From positions 1 to 17,825 of the forward strand of contig JBHLNS010000060.1 in the NCBI GenBank assembly GCA_048941285.1: 17,825 nucleotides of DNA. Direction: 5' to 3'. Positions 16,513-17,825 of this stretch are shown here, in pieces. The DNA comes from Promethearchaeota archaeon. GTDB lineage: Archaea > Asgardarchaeota > Lokiarchaeia > Sigyniarchaeales > SOKP01. The position numbers and the translations under genes are program-made. How positions within the stretch are numbered: position 1 is the stretch's first letter; each line of letters begins with the position of its first letter. The notes beneath the pieces are model-generated. The model was not told the origin of the DNA, ran no database searches, and saw only the letters and a program-made list of their open reading frames with translations.

Positions 16513-17825
16513 TCAATTTTTAAAGTTAAATTCTTGTATTTGAAATATATTTCTTTCAATCATGTCAAGTATGCTTTCTATATCTTTGGGGGTGCATTCT
16601 TTTTCCGGTAATAACGATATCATATAGAAATAACTTGTCTTATTTACTTTCATATAATTAATAGCTCTATTGATCAATGTTCTATCGTTTGGACTTATTC
16701 TAATTTTGTCCAACTTTTCTATTTTAGCCAATGTCATTGGATAAGTAAGAGAAGTATTAAGATGAATTTTAAGCAATTTTTCTATTGATTTGAAAGGTTT
16801 AATATCTCCTACAAAATTATCAACTAAATTCCCAAAATCTTTATAAATGTCATAGGCTAAATCTTCAAGTGAATATAAGAAATTTGAGGAGGGGGGTTCC
16901 TTCATGATTAAAATAATTCTTAAATTTACAAATTCAGTCATGATTATAATGGAATCTTTATATTCCAACTTTATGGTTTGCGAGCTATCTTCAACTTTAA
17001 TCAATTCAATTCCAAATGAATGAATTGCCTGTAAGAATCCCGAAATCATCGCAGCATCAATTTCTTTTTTTGAAAATTGTTGTTGATAAAAATTTAATCC
17101 AGATTTTTTTTCTGATACAATAATATAATCCAAATTCAGAACATCCATACATTTTTTATAGAGTTTTTCACCCTCTTCTATCTTTCTAATCTTATATTTC
17201 TTAATTGTTCGATAAGATATCATTCCTACTGTAATTCCTACAATGACAATTGTAATACTTATTACAATCCAGACGGGATGAATAGTAAAGGGAGGTGGAG
17301 GAATTTCAAATACTTGAGATTTAACACCTGCATCTGTATAACTATTCCAATAGATTATGATTGTATAAGAGCCTGCTCGCGAATTTGATGGGATCATATA
17401 TGTAAAAAGAGTTTCTGAGGATACAACCTCTCGAACCTCCACAGCTTCATCATATCCAAATCCTAATGAATTAATGAGGTAGAATGTTAAATAGCCATCT
17501 ATGATCGGGGCAATAACTGAAAATTGTAATTCTTGTTCAGGTTTCCATACTGATTCTGGTAGATTTATATTAAAATCTAAATTTGGTGAATTTACCATAA
17601 TTTCCCATTCAGCACTTTCAATTATTATGTGATCAGGAAATGTAATAATCTTGTTATATGTATCAAATATTATGCTTGAAGTGATATTTTCCCAGGAAAT
17701 TCCTAATTTTCTATTTATAGTAAAATTGTTCCAACTATCTGGATAATTAAATTGGACTAAATGATAATTAAAAGCTCTAATAAACTCAGGGTTTAATGTC
17801 CAGCTGTTTGTAAGACCTCCATTAA
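16513..17825 (-). CDS. tandem paralog of the 756-aa single-pass membrane/longin-like protein, 5' end beyond window
   Basis: The frame stays open from 17598 to the window edge (NGGLTNSWTLNPEFIRAFNYHLVQFNYPDSWNNFTINRKLGISWENITSSIIFDTYNKIITFPDHIIIESAEWEIMVNSPN). This aligns with the neighbour's NIWSFEPDIQRCYSNYSFKFKYPQGWYNVRVFRNSGGGWEDISTQIIINTTNRLVFISNSTIIEGADWRITANSPN, so the ATG at 17598 is internal. The TM and cytoplasmic domain are shared (MDVLNL, KxSGLN, GFLxAIxxFGIEL, SQTIKLEY). Confidence 0.88.
   Translation of the reverse strand, partial: NGGLTNSWTLNPEFIRAFNYHLVQFNYPDSWNNFTINRKLGISWENITSSIIFDTYNKIITFPDHIIIESAEWEIMVNSPNLDFNINLPESVWKPEQELQFSVIAPIIDGYLTFYLINSLGFGYDEAVEVREVVSSETLFTYMIPSNSRAGSYTIIIYWNSYTDAGVKSQVFEIPPPPFTIHPVWIVISITIVIVGITVGMISYRTIKKYKIRKIEEGEKLYKKCMDVLNLDYIIVSEKKSGLNFYQQQFSKKEIDAAMISGFLQAIHSFGIELIKVEDSSQTIKLEYKDSIIIMTEFVNLRIILIMKEPPSSNFLYSLEDLAYDIYKDFGNLVDNFVGDIKPFKSIEKLLKIHLNTSLTYPMTLAKIEKLDKIRISPNDRTLINRAINYMKVNKTSYFYMISLLPEKECTPKDIESILDMIERNIFQIQEFNFKN

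Noticed and set aside
17596-17598. ATG given as the start of the 361-aa ORF
   Set aside because: The frame is open to the window edge and the upstream translation aligns with the paralog, so this Met is internal.
1-17825. CRISPR arrays, tRNA/rRNA genes, IS elements, eukaryotic origin
   Set aside because: No regularly spaced repeats, GC-rich structured RNA segments or transposase ORFs were seen. Intron-free dense packing with R-M methylase and MFS genes argues against eukaryotic DNA despite the Rab- and gelsolin-like genes.

Overview
Very AT-rich, gene-dense prokaryotic DNA whose gene content points to an Asgard archaeon, most likely Lokiarchaeia/Promethearchaeota (inferred from gene content, no marker gene present). 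Eukaryote-like proteins include a Rab-like small GTPase cut by the left edge (absent from the ORF track) and a single-domain gelsolin with a duplicated C-terminal helical motif, divergent from a leucine-zipper/zinc-ribbon gene. Two tandem paralogous single-pass membrane proteins join a sequon-rich ectodomain to a cytoplasmic longin/roadblock-like domain; the second runs off the right edge and is longer than the ORF track shows. Between these lie an orphan N6-adenine DNA methyltransferase, a zinc-ribbon coiled-coil protein, two MFS transporters, an ICMT-family membrane methyltransferase, a cold-shock protein, an RNase J-like beta-CASP hydrolase, a GNAT acetyltransferase, a cupin and several hypotheticals, including an uncalled 52-aa charged ORF. 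I saw no rRNA, tRNA, CRISPR array or transposase. The best candidate for an undescribed system is the tandem 'receptor-longin' pair, possibly signalling to small GTPases and actin regulators; that link is inference.
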